This document shows positions 23,042 through 32,825 of a DNA stretch of 64,000 nucleotides, piece by piece. The DNA is taken from assembly GCA_963749155.1 (NCBI GenBank), contig CAVVLO010000005.1, positions 32,001 through 96,000 on the forward strand, in the 5' to 3' direction. The position numbers and the translations under genes are program-made. Each line of letters opens with the position of its first letter. Position 1 is the first letter of the stretch. The notes below the pieces were generated by a model. The model ran no database searches. It saw only the letters and a list, made by a program, of their open reading frames with translations, and was not told where the DNA came from. The stretch is from an uncultured Armatimonadia bacterium. GTDB lineage: Bacteria > Armatimonadota > Zipacnadia > CAVVLO01.

Positions 23042-23979
23042 CAGCGCCCACCTCCCGCAGGCTGCTGGCGGAAATCAGCTACCTTGATGCCCTTGTCATC
23101 GTAGGGGATTGCGACACCGTTCTCCTCGCGCAGTACCCAGACGTCCATCCCACTGAAGCAAAGCACCAGGCGTCCTGACTCATCTACCCAATACACGGTT
23201 GGATAAGATATCCCCCTGCCAGTGTGCGCATAACCGGTTAGTACCTGGGGGCCGGTTGCGAGCTGCAGCCTTAGCTGATTATGGAAGTACAGAAGCTGAT
23301 TCGGGAACAGGGAGTCATATTCGTCCACCAAAGTGAAATCCAGAGGTCTGGTGGCAGGACCGGCAAGTCGCTGTACAGCCTCGAACAGGCACCAGCGCAG
23401 GGTATAAGGCTGAGAGAGCTGATACCGACTTGGCCCCCCGCCCTGGTCAATCTCGATTGCCCTGCCAGTTGACTTGCCTGTGGCCCGCCCCTCAGTCATC
23501 AGGTAAGCTGGCTGGTCAACTGCAGTGGCCATCTTCGAGGTCGCCTTCCAACTGCGCGCAGTGCCGAGGGAGTTGGCAAGACAGTCGGCTTCGAGCTGGA
23601 TGAAGTGCGAATAGCCCGACAGGCCAGGCCTGTTGCAGCAGCCTGTCAGCAGATGACCCGCTGGCGCGCGCATACGGGCAAGAGCCAGTTCGGAGTTCTG
23701 CTTCCACAAGAGGGCTGGAGCCCAAGAATAGATAGTGTATGTGTGAGTCCAGTCTCCGCGCGGATCGAAGTCGTTATCCGGCAGCTCATAAGTCTCGAAT
23801 ATCCGGCGAAGCGCCCTCAGGGTGAAGTCGCTGGCGGGGCTGTCCAGCGCGCCCCCCTCAGGCTCCTGGGCCAGCGCTTCCAGGCTGAGACTCCCCAGCC
23901 CCAGAGCCGCAAGGCCGACTGCGACCCTCTTGCAGAAGTCTGCTCGAGTTAGACTCTTCCGCTCCTGTTCACTTGCCAT
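23041..23979 (-). CDS. Hypothetical protein with Tat-like signal peptide, copy B
   Basis: LTRADFCKRVAVGLAALGLGSLSLEALAQ signal; shares DFTLRALRRI.ETYELP, TLRWCLFEAVQRL and YPTVYWVDE with copy A. Confidence 0.8.
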   Translation of the reverse strand: MASEQERKSLTRADFCKRVAVGLAALGLGSLSLEALAQEPEGGALDSPASDFTLRALRRIFETYELPDNDFDPRGDWTHTYTIYSWAPALLWKQNSELALARMRAPAGHLLTGCCNRPGLSGYSHFIQLEADCLANSLGTARSWKATSKMATAVDQPAYLMTEGRATGKSTGRAIEIDQGGGPSRYQLSQPYTLRWCLFEAVQRLAGPATRPLDFTLVDEYDSLFPNQLLYFHNQLRLQLATGPQVLTGYAHTGRGISYPTVYWVDESGRLVLCFSGMDVWVLREENGVAIPYDDKGIKVADFRQQPAGGGR

Positions 23980-26215
23980 TGGTGCTCCTCTTACTGGCCA
24001 GATTAATGGCTTCTAGTCGAAGTTGCTCTGGAGCAAGGCCCTGCCGGAATCGCTCTACGAGGGCCTCCACCTGCTTTCCGTGTCCTTGATCGCGCAGCAG
24101 GCAAAGCAGACAGTAGTCCTCATAGCCTTCACGGACAGCCTCTGACTGCCTTGTGGGAATCGGTCCGGAAGGCCCCGGGTAGACCACCTGGTAATCGGGC
24201 AGGTCTTCACCGAAGGTGGAAGAGTCGAAGTCGCTCCAGGGATTGCCGCGCGGGGCATAATATGAATAGAATCCCCATCCGTTGAACTCATGCGCGAAAG
24301 CTTCCCAGGCGAGCCGGCGATAGAGCTCTACCTCAGGGCGATTTTCGCTCTTCGCAGACTGGGAGGCCACCGTGTAGTGGGCGTTTATCAGACGGGGTGT
24401 AGAGAACAGTCTGCTAGTCTCGGACTTGTCCAGCAGCATGGTAAAGGGGCAGGAGACATCTACTGCCTCTTTGTACCAGTCCCCAAGTAGCTGCTCGACT
24501 TCAGGTGCGGGCACAATCAGGTCTTCGCCACCCACCCAAAAGGAGGGATTGCAGTAGATTCGTATCCGTGGGTCAAGCTTGCGCACCAGTGCGGCGAAAG
24601 CCCCGCAAAGGCGCGCGTTGCTGCGTCCTGGCTCATCCCACAGCTCGATATACCAGTCGTCGAAGTCTAGCCCAAGCTCTGTGGCTTTGGCTACATGCTG
24701 CTGCAGCAGTGCTGCGATTTCGGCCTCGACTTCGGGAGTGATGTCTTCGGGGGTGAGTTGGCTGTTATAGCCCTTATGGCCCCAGTCACCTAGCCCCCAG
24801 ATATGGAAGAAGGGCTTGCCATGCGCTCTGGCAAGGGCCGCGTCGGTGCCCGGCTCGGGCCACTGGCCCCAGACACTTGCACCCAGTCTCACCTTGTAAT
24901 CGACTTCTCTTTGTTGCCGGTCCGAGTAAACGAAGGGGAACATCCCAGTCGTACCGCTCCAGGTCTGCAGCCAGAGACGGGGTGAGGGAAGAGTGACATC
25001 CAACACATCAAGTCCGACTGTCAGCGGTTTCAGTCCAGTACCGCCGAACCGGACTTCATATTGGCCCGGTGTCGCCTGCCACGAGGTAAAGCTCAGCCAA
25101 AGTACAACCGACTCACAAGGACCGAGGGTGACAGTGGGCAGTTCGAGCAATTGTTCTGCGTTGGTCAGATAACGTTTCATCAGTCCTGGGGCCATAACAT
25201 CGCCAGGCGCGAATAAAGGACCAAGGCTTATCCCATACCAGCGTGAAGGGATGGCGCCAAAAGCCCGCCACTGACAACTTAAGGCTGCCTCGGGGCGAAG
25301 TGTGCCAAATCCAAGCTCATAGCTGCGAGTCTCCGTCAACGAGGGGTTAGTCAAGGCGACGGCAAGCCCTTCGGTCTCGTTGCGGGTCATTTTTAGACTC
25401 ACTTTAGACGCCAACTCAGAGGGGCCTGGCAGGATCGGTTTAGCCGAAAGTGCCTCCCAACTGGGTAACAGCGACCAGAGACCCTGGTTGGTAATCTCCT
25501 TTCCGAGCGTGGTACGCCAGGCCCAGGCTTGTGCATCTGAGAAAGCAGTTTTTGAGATACCTGGTACAGAGCACAGTGCCACCCCCTGCCCTGGCGCTGG
25601 TCTTTCGCCAACGGGCCGGATGACCTCAGGATACTCCTCAGAGACGACTGCATCACCCCAGACCCATACCTCGTCAAGCCAGGTGATACCTTCTGCCTGG
25701 GCAGTAAGGCGCAGATAGCGTCCGGCTCCAGGCGAGGGCAAGATGAGTCGCTGTAATTCGCTATCAGGACTCTCAGTGAGTGATCTGGCGCTAGCAAGCT
25801 GCCATTCCTCCTCAGGAGACCTGCGTGTCTCAATCTTCAAGGCCAGAGGGTGTGAACGTGCGCTTACATCAACTTCGATGAACTGACAGGGGCGCTTGAA
25901 GTCGAAGACGACTACCAACGGTTGGTTCGAGATACCTGCTGACGTCCACCAGTTGCCGACTGGTAGCCCATCCAGCAGCCGCCGGCCAAACTGGGCCTTG
26001 TCATCTTTCAGCCAGTCGCCTGGATTATCCGGTTCGACCTGATAGCGGTAATCAACGCCAGTGAGGACTGCTGGTCCCCACCAGCCCTCGTTATCGGTGA
26101 GCAGCTTTCCTGGAGGGCTGTTCTCGGCGTCTGTGCTGCCATCATACCAAACACGCCCGGCCACCCCAGGCAAGCACGTGAATAATCCAAGCAGCACTAC
26201 AAGCACGAGTTCCAT
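23969..26215 (-). CDS. Secreted protein with discoidin/F5-8C-like N-terminus and DUF4091/GH123-like C-terminal domain
   Basis: Signal MELVLVVLLGLFTCLPGVAG; VVVFDFKRP..GRYLRL..LDEVWVWG; RNETE; LWDEP; VVYPGPSGPIPTRQSEAVREGYEDYCLL. Confidence 0.65.
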   Translation of the reverse strand: MELVLVVLLGLFTCLPGVAGRVWYDGSTDAENSPPGKLLTDNEGWWGPAVLTGVDYRYQVEPDNPGDWLKDDKAQFGRRLLDGLPVGNWWTSAGISNQPLVVVFDFKRPCQFIEVDVSARSHPLALKIETRRSPEEEWQLASARSLTESPDSELQRLILPSPGAGRYLRLTAQAEGITWLDEVWVWGDAVVSEEYPEVIRPVGERPAPGQGVALCSVPGISKTAFSDAQAWAWRTTLGKEITNQGLWSLLPSWEALSAKPILPGPSELASKVSLKMTRNETEGLAVALTNPSLTETRSYELGFGTLRPEAALSCQWRAFGAIPSRWYGISLGPLFAPGDVMAPGLMKRYLTNAEQLLELPTVTLGPCESVVLWLSFTSWQATPGQYEVRFGGTGLKPLTVGLDVLDVTLPSPRLWLQTWSGTTGMFPFVYSDRQQREVDYKVRLGASVWGQWPEPGTDAALARAHGKPFFHIWGLGDWGHKGYNSQLTPEDITPEVEAEIAALLQQHVAKATELGLDFDDWYIELWDEPGRSNARLCGAFAALVRKLDPRIRIYCNPSFWVGGEDLIVPAPEVEQLLGDWYKEAVDVSCPFTMLLDKSETSRLFSTPRLINAHYTVASQSAKSENRPEVELYRRLAWEAFAHEFNGWGFYSYYAPRGNPWSDFDSSTFGEDLPDYQVVYPGPSGPIPTRQSEAVREGYEDYCLLCLLRDQGHGKQVEALVERFRQGLAPEQLRLEAINLASKRSTNGK

Positions 26216-26235
26216 GGCCCTCAGGCTTCCTCTCA

Positions 26236-29200
26236 TCAGTAAGTGATTCTGACCTCCTGCTTCCCACTGATGGCAGGCAGCTTGATGAGGTTGCGCGCCA
26301 CGTCGAAGTCGCTCCATGACTTGCCATCTACTGTCACAGCCGCGATAGGTTTACCTTCGGGGTGACGCACCCGCAGTTCAAGCCCACCAAACCCCTCGCA
26401 GCCCGTTGTGTCAACCTGAGCCTCGAGGTAGCCAGCATCTGTATGCGAGGCAAGCGTATAACTGACTCGGCCAAACTTCGTGGGTAACGCCTCGATAGTT
26501 ATTTGTTCGGTCTGGCTTCAACCACTGGTCGGTTACAAAAGGCGCCAGTCTGAGAGTTGAGCCATATTCCATCGCGAAGAGGAAACGTGTCTGCTGCAGG
26601 AAGTAGCCCGTCTCGTGAGTCTTATTGAAGGCGCCCGCGTTGCGGAAATGCTCCCAGTGAGAGAGGTTCTCGGCTGACACCATCGCCGCCAGGGTGTTGA
26701 AATAACTGCGGATGAAAGGCTTTACGTCATCGCGCAAGGCATAGATTTCGGCGTTGCGCGCGTAGTAGGGTTGGACTTTCGAGAAGCCGCCCCGGTTGAA
26801 CCAGTCGGCTTCAGATTCTGCGGCTGTATAGTCGAACCACCCCTCGCCCAGGAAGTCGATGTCTTCGAGCGCATCCATTATCCATCTCGCCTCGCGCGAA
26901 TGGGGCGCGAGCTGGCGCTGGGAGATAAGGTGGTGGGCGCCGATGTCCACATCGTAAGCCCAGCTTCGGTTGCCGTCCTCGCCCGGGAAGAGCTCCTTCA
27001 TTGAAAGCGACAAGCCTGCGGAACTCGGCGAGAAGGGTACCCAGGTGCCATCTCTCAGCGGCACTAGTGACGCAAGGGCTTGGGTCTTCTTGAAGGCCTG
27101 GACCACAGCCGTTTTGTGGTTAGCCGCATCAAGGAGCAACTGGCCAGCGCCGTCCGTGCCGATGGCGAGCAACGCCTCGCCTGCACGCTCATTACCCGCC
27201 TGGTAGAGGCTATTGGCAGCAAAGTAGGCAGCATAATTGCCCCAGTCGGCCATTACTCCAGGAGGCATCAGGCCTTCGGTTTCGGGAAGCAGCAACTCGG
27301 CAGGTCTTTCAGTGCTCTTCCTGCGCTGGGCTTCGACCCAGTCACATACTCGTTTGACCTCGGAGGCCACACTTGTCATCCAGTCCCTGTCTTTCGTCAG
27401 GTCATAGTATTCGCCAACCGAACGTAGCTGCCAACCCGTACCCATCAGGGTGTAGCCTGTTGTCAGGAAGCCGGCAGCGTTGTAACGTCTGATGAAAAAG
27501 TCCAATCCGCGCTTTGCGAACTCGTCATTACCAAGCAAGGCCATACCGCGCAAGATGGAGTTGGCCTCACTTTCAAGTGGCCCATAAACCATAGAGGCTA
27601 TCCAGGGCGAGACCAGCCGGCCTTCTTCCGCGTTGCGCGCAGCCAGGTAACAGTGCACCTGGGCAGCCTTGATGATGTTGGTAAGTGACTCATCGGGCAC
27701 TTCAATGCGGGTTGCCTGGCCGAGAACTCTTTCCCAGTAAGAGGCAAGCTGGTCTTTCAAGGCTGCGCCGCCATCGAGCTGAGCAACTTCGCTTTCGGAG
27801 ACGACCCAGGCAGGTACGTAGATCCAGCAGCGCGCGACCTGAGCTGAGCCAAGCTGGCCTTGCAAGGTGAGTAGTCCACCTTCGACTTTGGGCGCCAGGA
27901 GAGAGGCGGCTTCAAACTGACAGGAAGCCATTACGCCCTGCGCATCAGTCACGAGCGCGCGTTGGCCAGTCAGTGAAATCCGAGCCTGAGTGCCAGCAGC
28001 CTGATCCGCAAGAAAACTGAGCGCCAGTCGGGCATCCAGCGGGGCCTTGGCAAGGTTCTCGATCTCGTATTCCATTACGGCCAGAGGCTTGTCCGAGAGC
28101 CAGCCAACGTCATCAACCACACCCGCCGGCACCACGAAAGCGCGCTGGCGATAGACAATTCCCGCCTCTTCGACCGTGGTCTCGGGAGCCGGCAGCCAGC
28201 CTCCCCATAAGTTACGTGACACCGTTTGCTTACTGTTCTCAAATCCGAAGCTTGGGGTTATTGCCGCGCGTGGCCTGACACCATGGGGTATGCCAACATA
28301 AGGATCCGGATAAACACCTGGAGAGTTCGGATCTATCGCGGTAGGTGCGAACTCAAAACGTCCCTCTCGATGCACAAGGAATTTGCGATTGTCAGAGGCT
28401 AGCGAGATGAGCATCGGCCCGTTGTCCTGGATGGGATTGTGGGTCTTCTCCATCGCCTGCGCGAAGGTCTGGTCGGGCATCGAACGCACGCGTTCGAGGA
28501 TTGTCTGCTGGTTTGCTGTCTTCAGTTTATATTCCGCAAGTGATGGGCCTGCCTCGGTAGTCACATAGAGGCCAAAATCGGGTGCCCAAACACTGCCTCG
28601 ATTGAGGACGTCCGTGACTCTTACCGCACATTCGCCATAAGGCAACTGGAAACGCAACAAGGTACTCTCGGAAGCAAGGAAACCTTCTGGTACATAAGCG
28701 ACATTAAGCCTTGAACCGCTGGCGATGGCCTTGGCTGTGCTTGCACCAGCAACTGTCCCATTGTAGGGTGTTACCGAGGCATCCGGGCCTGCTGCATAGG
28801 ATTCCAGTTCAACTCGCAAGCGAGTCGAAAGCAGCCTCGTGCGGCTCTCGGCGCTGATTTTCTGCACTTTCAGACCTGCCAGCTCGGGAGAGAAGACCCA
28901 CCTCAGTTTACGCAGGCCTTGCCTGAGGCCCGGATGGGTGCTCTCGGTCAGGTTCCACATCAGGTTGCTGCCGTCTGCTACAGGCTGGACTGAAAGCGAC
29001 TCCCAGACCCCCTGCCATAACGATTGACCGAACCAGCCCTGGAGCTCCACACTGGCCGGAGAGGGAGCTTCGCCCAGGAATTCGAGACTCACGGACCGAA
29101 GCTGCCGGCGCTCAAGCCAGGCCAGGCCTAAAGCGCCCTTGCCTTCAGCCTTGAAAGGTATGACATAACTGCCATCGGCAGTCGGAGCAAGTGGTTTGTC

Positions 29201-29842
29201 GAGGTACAGGTCATCCGCAATAAACTCCTGGGTGCGCTGGGCCTGGGCGCCGTCCATCCGGTTGGCATCGCCCGTGAAGACCTTGGCGAAAGGCGCGATA
29301 TCCAGCCCCTGCTGACCTTGCCCCAGAACTGGTTTGTCAGCCTTCACCAGTCTCGCCTCCGCCCAGTTGGCGCAGTCGCAAGTGATGCCATCGCCGCCAT
29401 CGGTCGACACAAGTCTTAGCTCAAAGGCTCCCTGTACTTTCACTTTTACCTTGCGCGCGCCGTCCGACTCGCGCAGCAGGCCACTGTCATAACGCTTCTT
29501 GCCATCTACCCAGACCTGGAAGACGACGCTGCCAGCGTCAGCAGCTTGTTCCTGTACGCCTACCTCGGCAAGGAATTCGGAATATTCGCCGTTGAGATCG
29601 TAGACCAGGGCGCCAGGCGCATGGTGTCCAAGTCCGTGCTCATAAATCCGCTCTCCAATTTGCAGTGGCAGAGGCTCTAGACCTGGATTATAGGCGCAAG
29701 TATTAAGGCCCAAAGCCCCCCAGCCTTGCTGAACGAAAACTAGCCGTTGAGGCAAGTCGGAGAGATATTCAACCTGGGACACACCCCAAGCCAGGGCTGT
29801 AGCACAAAGTAATAAAGTGATTAATATCAGGACACGGGTCAT
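26236..29842 (-). CDS. Large secreted protein: NPCBM/NEW2 domain plus putative (alpha/alpha)6 glycosidase domain; frameshift near 26500
   Basis: RBS ggaggt; signal peptide; NPCBM YLSDL..QGWG..YEHGLGHHA..GSVVFQVWVDG..DGGDGITCDCANWAEARL; C-terminal LRVRHPEGKPIAAVTVDG read in a shifted frame. Confidence 0.7.
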
Positions 29843-29939
29843 ACTAGCCACCTCCGGTAAGACTGATTGGTAGTTCGCTCCATATCAGCTTAGGCCTGCT
29901 GACAAGCCGTAGAAGCTGCTCTGGAACCAGAGAGGATGT

Positions 29940-29969
29940 TAGACAGTGTGGCGCAATTTCTGGTATAAA
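29940..29969 (+). promoter_or_regulatory. Putative sigma70 promoter for the accB-hom operon
   Basis: TAGACA-N18-TATAAA with an extended -10 TG. Confidence 0.35.
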
Positions 29970-29999
29970 CGGGTTACCACTAACCAGGCAGGTGGCATT

Positions 30000-30440
30000 A
30001 TGGACGAGGCTAAGCAGGAAGAGCTGAAGCGTCTGCTGGAGCTGGCCGAGAAGTATGGGCTGGAGCAGCTCAGCGTGGCTACTGAAGATACGAAGTTGGA
30101 GGTCACTCTTGATCCCGATGGAATCGTTCTTGTGCCTACTACCCTTGCAGGACAGCAGGCAGCTTCGGTAGCCCAGGCGCCTGATGCCATTCCGGGCAAC
30201 TGGCAAGCCATAACTTCGCCTCTTCTTGGCACTTATTATCGCAAGCCTGCACCTGAGGCTCCTCCCTTCGTGGAGATTGGCGATGAAGTTGATGTTGATA
30301 CGGTGGTAGGGCTTGTAGAGGCTATGAAAGTCTTCAATGAAGTCGTCGCTGATGTGAAGGGCCGAGTAGCCAGGGTCGCCAGTGCTGACGCCACTCTGGT
30401 GCAGCCTGGCGATGTGCTGCTCTGGATAGAGGAGGACTAA
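30000..30440 (+). CDS. accB: Biotin carboxyl carrier protein
   Basis: ITSPLLGTYYRKPAPEAPPFVEIGD and the EAMK biotinylation motif. Confidence 0.9.
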   Translation: MDEAKQEELKRLLELAEKYGLEQLSVATEDTKLEVTLDPDGIVLVPTTLAGQQAASVAQAPDAIPGNWQAITSPLLGTYYRKPAPEAPPFVEIGDEVDVDTVVGLVEAMKVFNEVVADVKGRVARVASADATLVQPGDVLLWIEED

Positions 30441-30443
30441 GCC

Positions 30444-31727
30444 GTGAGAACGATCCGTCTTGGATTCCTTGGGATGGGCGTTGTCGGCAGCGGTACTCTC
30501 TACGCTCTGGAACTCCAACAGGAAGAACTCGAGAAGCGCCTCGGTTGCAAATTTGAGTTGGCCAAAGTCGCTGTCCTGTCTATCGCCGAGCATAAAGGTC
30601 ATCCCCTGCCCCTCGAAGTGATGACAGAGGACGTCTGGGAAGTTGTGCGAGACCCCAGCATCGACATCATCATCGAACTGATGGGGGGCAGCAATCCAGC
30701 CAAGGATTGCATCCTCGAAGCGCTGGCTGGCGGCAAGATGGTCGTGAGCGCCAACAAAGAGGTCGTCGCGCAACATGGCGATATCATCTTTGAGCAGGTG
30801 GAGAAGACAGGGGCTGGTTTCTTCTTCGAGGCCAGTGTCTGTGGCGCCATCCCCATTGTGCGCGCGCTCAAGCAGAGCTACGCCGCAGACCGAATAATTG
30901 AGCTTGTAGGCATTGTGAATGGTACTTGCAACTTCATCCTGACCGAGATGGACCAGCAAGGTCAGGCCTTTGAGGTAGCGCTTGATGTCGCCCGCGAGCT
31001 TGGTTATGCCGAGGCTGATCCGACCAATGACATTGAAGGCTATGATGCCCAGCGCAAGCTGGCTATCCTCGCCGACCTGGCCTTTGCAAGCCGGGTCAAA
31101 TTGTCCGAAGTATTTGTCGAAGGGCTGAAAGGTATCGAGCCAGTCGATCTCGCTTACGCTCGCGAATTTGGATATGCGATCAAGTTGCTGGCTATCGCCA
31201 AAGCGCGCGAGGAAGGTATCGAGGCACGAGTCCACCCGGCACTGGTTAACGAAGAGCATCCCCTGGCTTCGGTGCGGGGCGTATATAACGCAGTCTTCGT
31301 GCGCAGTGAGCGTATCGGCGAGATGATGTTCTATGGGCCAGGCGCGGGAAGTGCTCCAACTGGCGCCATCGTCGCTGCCGATATTGTGGAAGCAGCCTTC
31401 AACGTGGTCAATGGTATAAAAGGTGCGACTCCCTGCACCTGTCTCTACACAAAGCCAGTGTTGCCGATGAGCGCGCTCAATATCCCTTATTATGTGCGGA
31501 TGCTGGTTGAGGACAGGCCGGGCGTGCTTGCCCAGTTTGCTTATTGTTTTGGCAAACATGGGGTCAGCCTGAAGGCGGTAATCCAGAAATCTGCCAGTGA
31601 AGAGGCCGCCGAGATAGTCTGGCTTACCCACCCAGCACCCGAAGGTGACGTGCAGGCCAGCCTGGCCGAGATGCGCGAGATGACCAGTTGTTTACAGATT
31701 GCCGCGGCTCTCCGCGTCTATGAGTAG
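30444..31727 (+). CDS. hom: Homoserine dehydrogenase with C-terminal ACT domain
   Basis: GFLGMGVVGSG, VVSANK, FEASVCGAIP, GIVNGTCNFIL, GYAEADPTNDIEGYDA, YGPGAG, DRPGVLA. Confidence 0.97.
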   Translation: MRTIRLGFLGMGVVGSGTLYALELQQEELEKRLGCKFELAKVAVLSIAEHKGHPLPLEVMTEDVWEVVRDPSIDIIIELMGGSNPAKDCILEALAGGKMVVSANKEVVAQHGDIIFEQVEKTGAGFFFEASVCGAIPIVRALKQSYAADRIIELVGIVNGTCNFILTEMDQQGQAFEVALDVARELGYAEADPTNDIEGYDAQRKLAILADLAFASRVKLSEVFVEGLKGIEPVDLAYAREFGYAIKLLAIAKAREEGIEARVHPALVNEEHPLASVRGVYNAVFVRSERIGEMMFYGPGAGSAPTGAIVAADIVEAAFNVVNGIKGATPCTCLYTKPVLPMSALNIPYYVRMLVEDRPGVLAQFAYCFGKHGVSLKAVIQKSASEEAAEIVWLTHPAPEGDVQASLAEMREMTSCLQIAAALRVYE

Positions 31728-31742
31728 AGAAGGGTTGCCATA

Positions 31743-32813
31743 ATGCTAATGGATGTTGCTTATCAGGGAGTAATAAACCGCTACCGTCAGTATCTGCCAG
31801 TCACGGAGAGCACCCCGGTCATTACCTTGCTCGAGGGAAATACCCCCCTGGTGCGGGCTGACAAGCTCGAACGAGAGCTAGGACTTGGGCTTGAAGTGTA
31901 TCTGAAATACGAAGGCCTCAACCCGACGGGCTCTTTCAAAGATCGCGGGATGACGATGGCCATCACCAAGGCCGTCGAAGCTGGCGCGACTGCGGTAATG
32001 TGCGCCTCGACAGGCAACACATCGGCCTCCGCCAGTGCCTATGCGGCGAAGGCGGGACTGAAGTCAATCGTACTGATCCCAAGCGGTTCTATTGCGCTTG
32101 GCAAACTTGCTCAGGCTTGTGTGCACGGAGCCGAAGTGGTAGCTGTCGAGGGCAACTTTGACAATGCCCTCGAACTGGTGCGCTATTTCACTGACACCTA
32201 TCCTGTTGAACTTGTCAATAGCATCAATCCCTATCGCATCGAGGGTCAGAAGACCGCTGCCTTCGAGATTGTGGATGTGCTGGGTGATGCTCCGGAGTAT
32301 CACTGTCTTCCTGTTGGGAATGCCGGTAATATCACCTCCTATTGGAAAGGCTATCGTGAATATAGCGACCTGGGCCGGTGCAAGCTGCCTGTAATGTTGG
32401 GCTTCCAGGCTGAAGGTTCAGCGCCTATCGTGCGCGGTTATCGCATAGATGATCCGCACACGCTCGCAACCGCCATAAAGATAGGCAACCCCGCAAGCTG
32501 GCAGCAGGCTGAAGCCGCCCGGGACGAGTCAGGCGGCGTCATTGATATGGTTTCGGATGACGAGATAGTCGAGGCTTATCGCCTGCTTGCTCGTACTGAT
32601 GGCATATTCTGCGAGCCGGCCAGTGCCGCCAGCGTTGCCGGGCTTATCAAGCTGCTCAAAGGTGGGTATTTCGAAGGCAAGACAGGGCGGATTGTCTGCA
32701 CGCTTACGGGACACGGGCTTAAGGATCCCGACCGGGCTATCGCTGTCTCTCCCGAGCCGCGTGTCCTGCCCTTCGATCGCCAGGTTGTGGCAGACTACCT
32801 CGAACTCGACTAG
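31743..32813 (+). CDS. thrC: Threonine synthase
   Basis: LLEGNTPL, NPTGSFKDRG, CASTGNTSAS, NSINPYRIEGQKT, PVGNAGNI, TGHGLKDP. Confidence 0.97.
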   Translation: MLMDVAYQGVINRYRQYLPVTESTPVITLLEGNTPLVRADKLERELGLGLEVYLKYEGLNPTGSFKDRGMTMAITKAVEAGATAVMCASTGNTSASASAYAAKAGLKSIVLIPSGSIALGKLAQACVHGAEVVAVEGNFDNALELVRYFTDTYPVELVNSINPYRIEGQKTAAFEIVDVLGDAPEYHCLPVGNAGNITSYWKGYREYSDLGRCKLPVMLGFQAEGSAPIVRGYRIDDPHTLATAIKIGNPASWQQAEAARDESGGVIDMVSDDEIVEAYRLLARTDGIFCEPASAASVAGLIKLLKGGYFEGKTGRIVCTLTGHGLKDPDRAIAVSPEPRVLPFDRQVVADYLELD

Positions 32814-32825
32814 GGAGGACCCAGT

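Larger units (their letters stand above)
19303..23979 (-). repeat. Tandem direct duplication of a ~2.3-kb two-gene module
   Basis: Copies 19303-21627 and 21658-23979 both begin (on +) ctagttgcggtcgaagtg and are colinear and paralogous throughout. Confidence 0.9.

Noticed and set aside
29844..31631. 595-aa antisense ORF
   Set aside because: Shadow of accB and hom on the opposite strand, with no recognisable motifs
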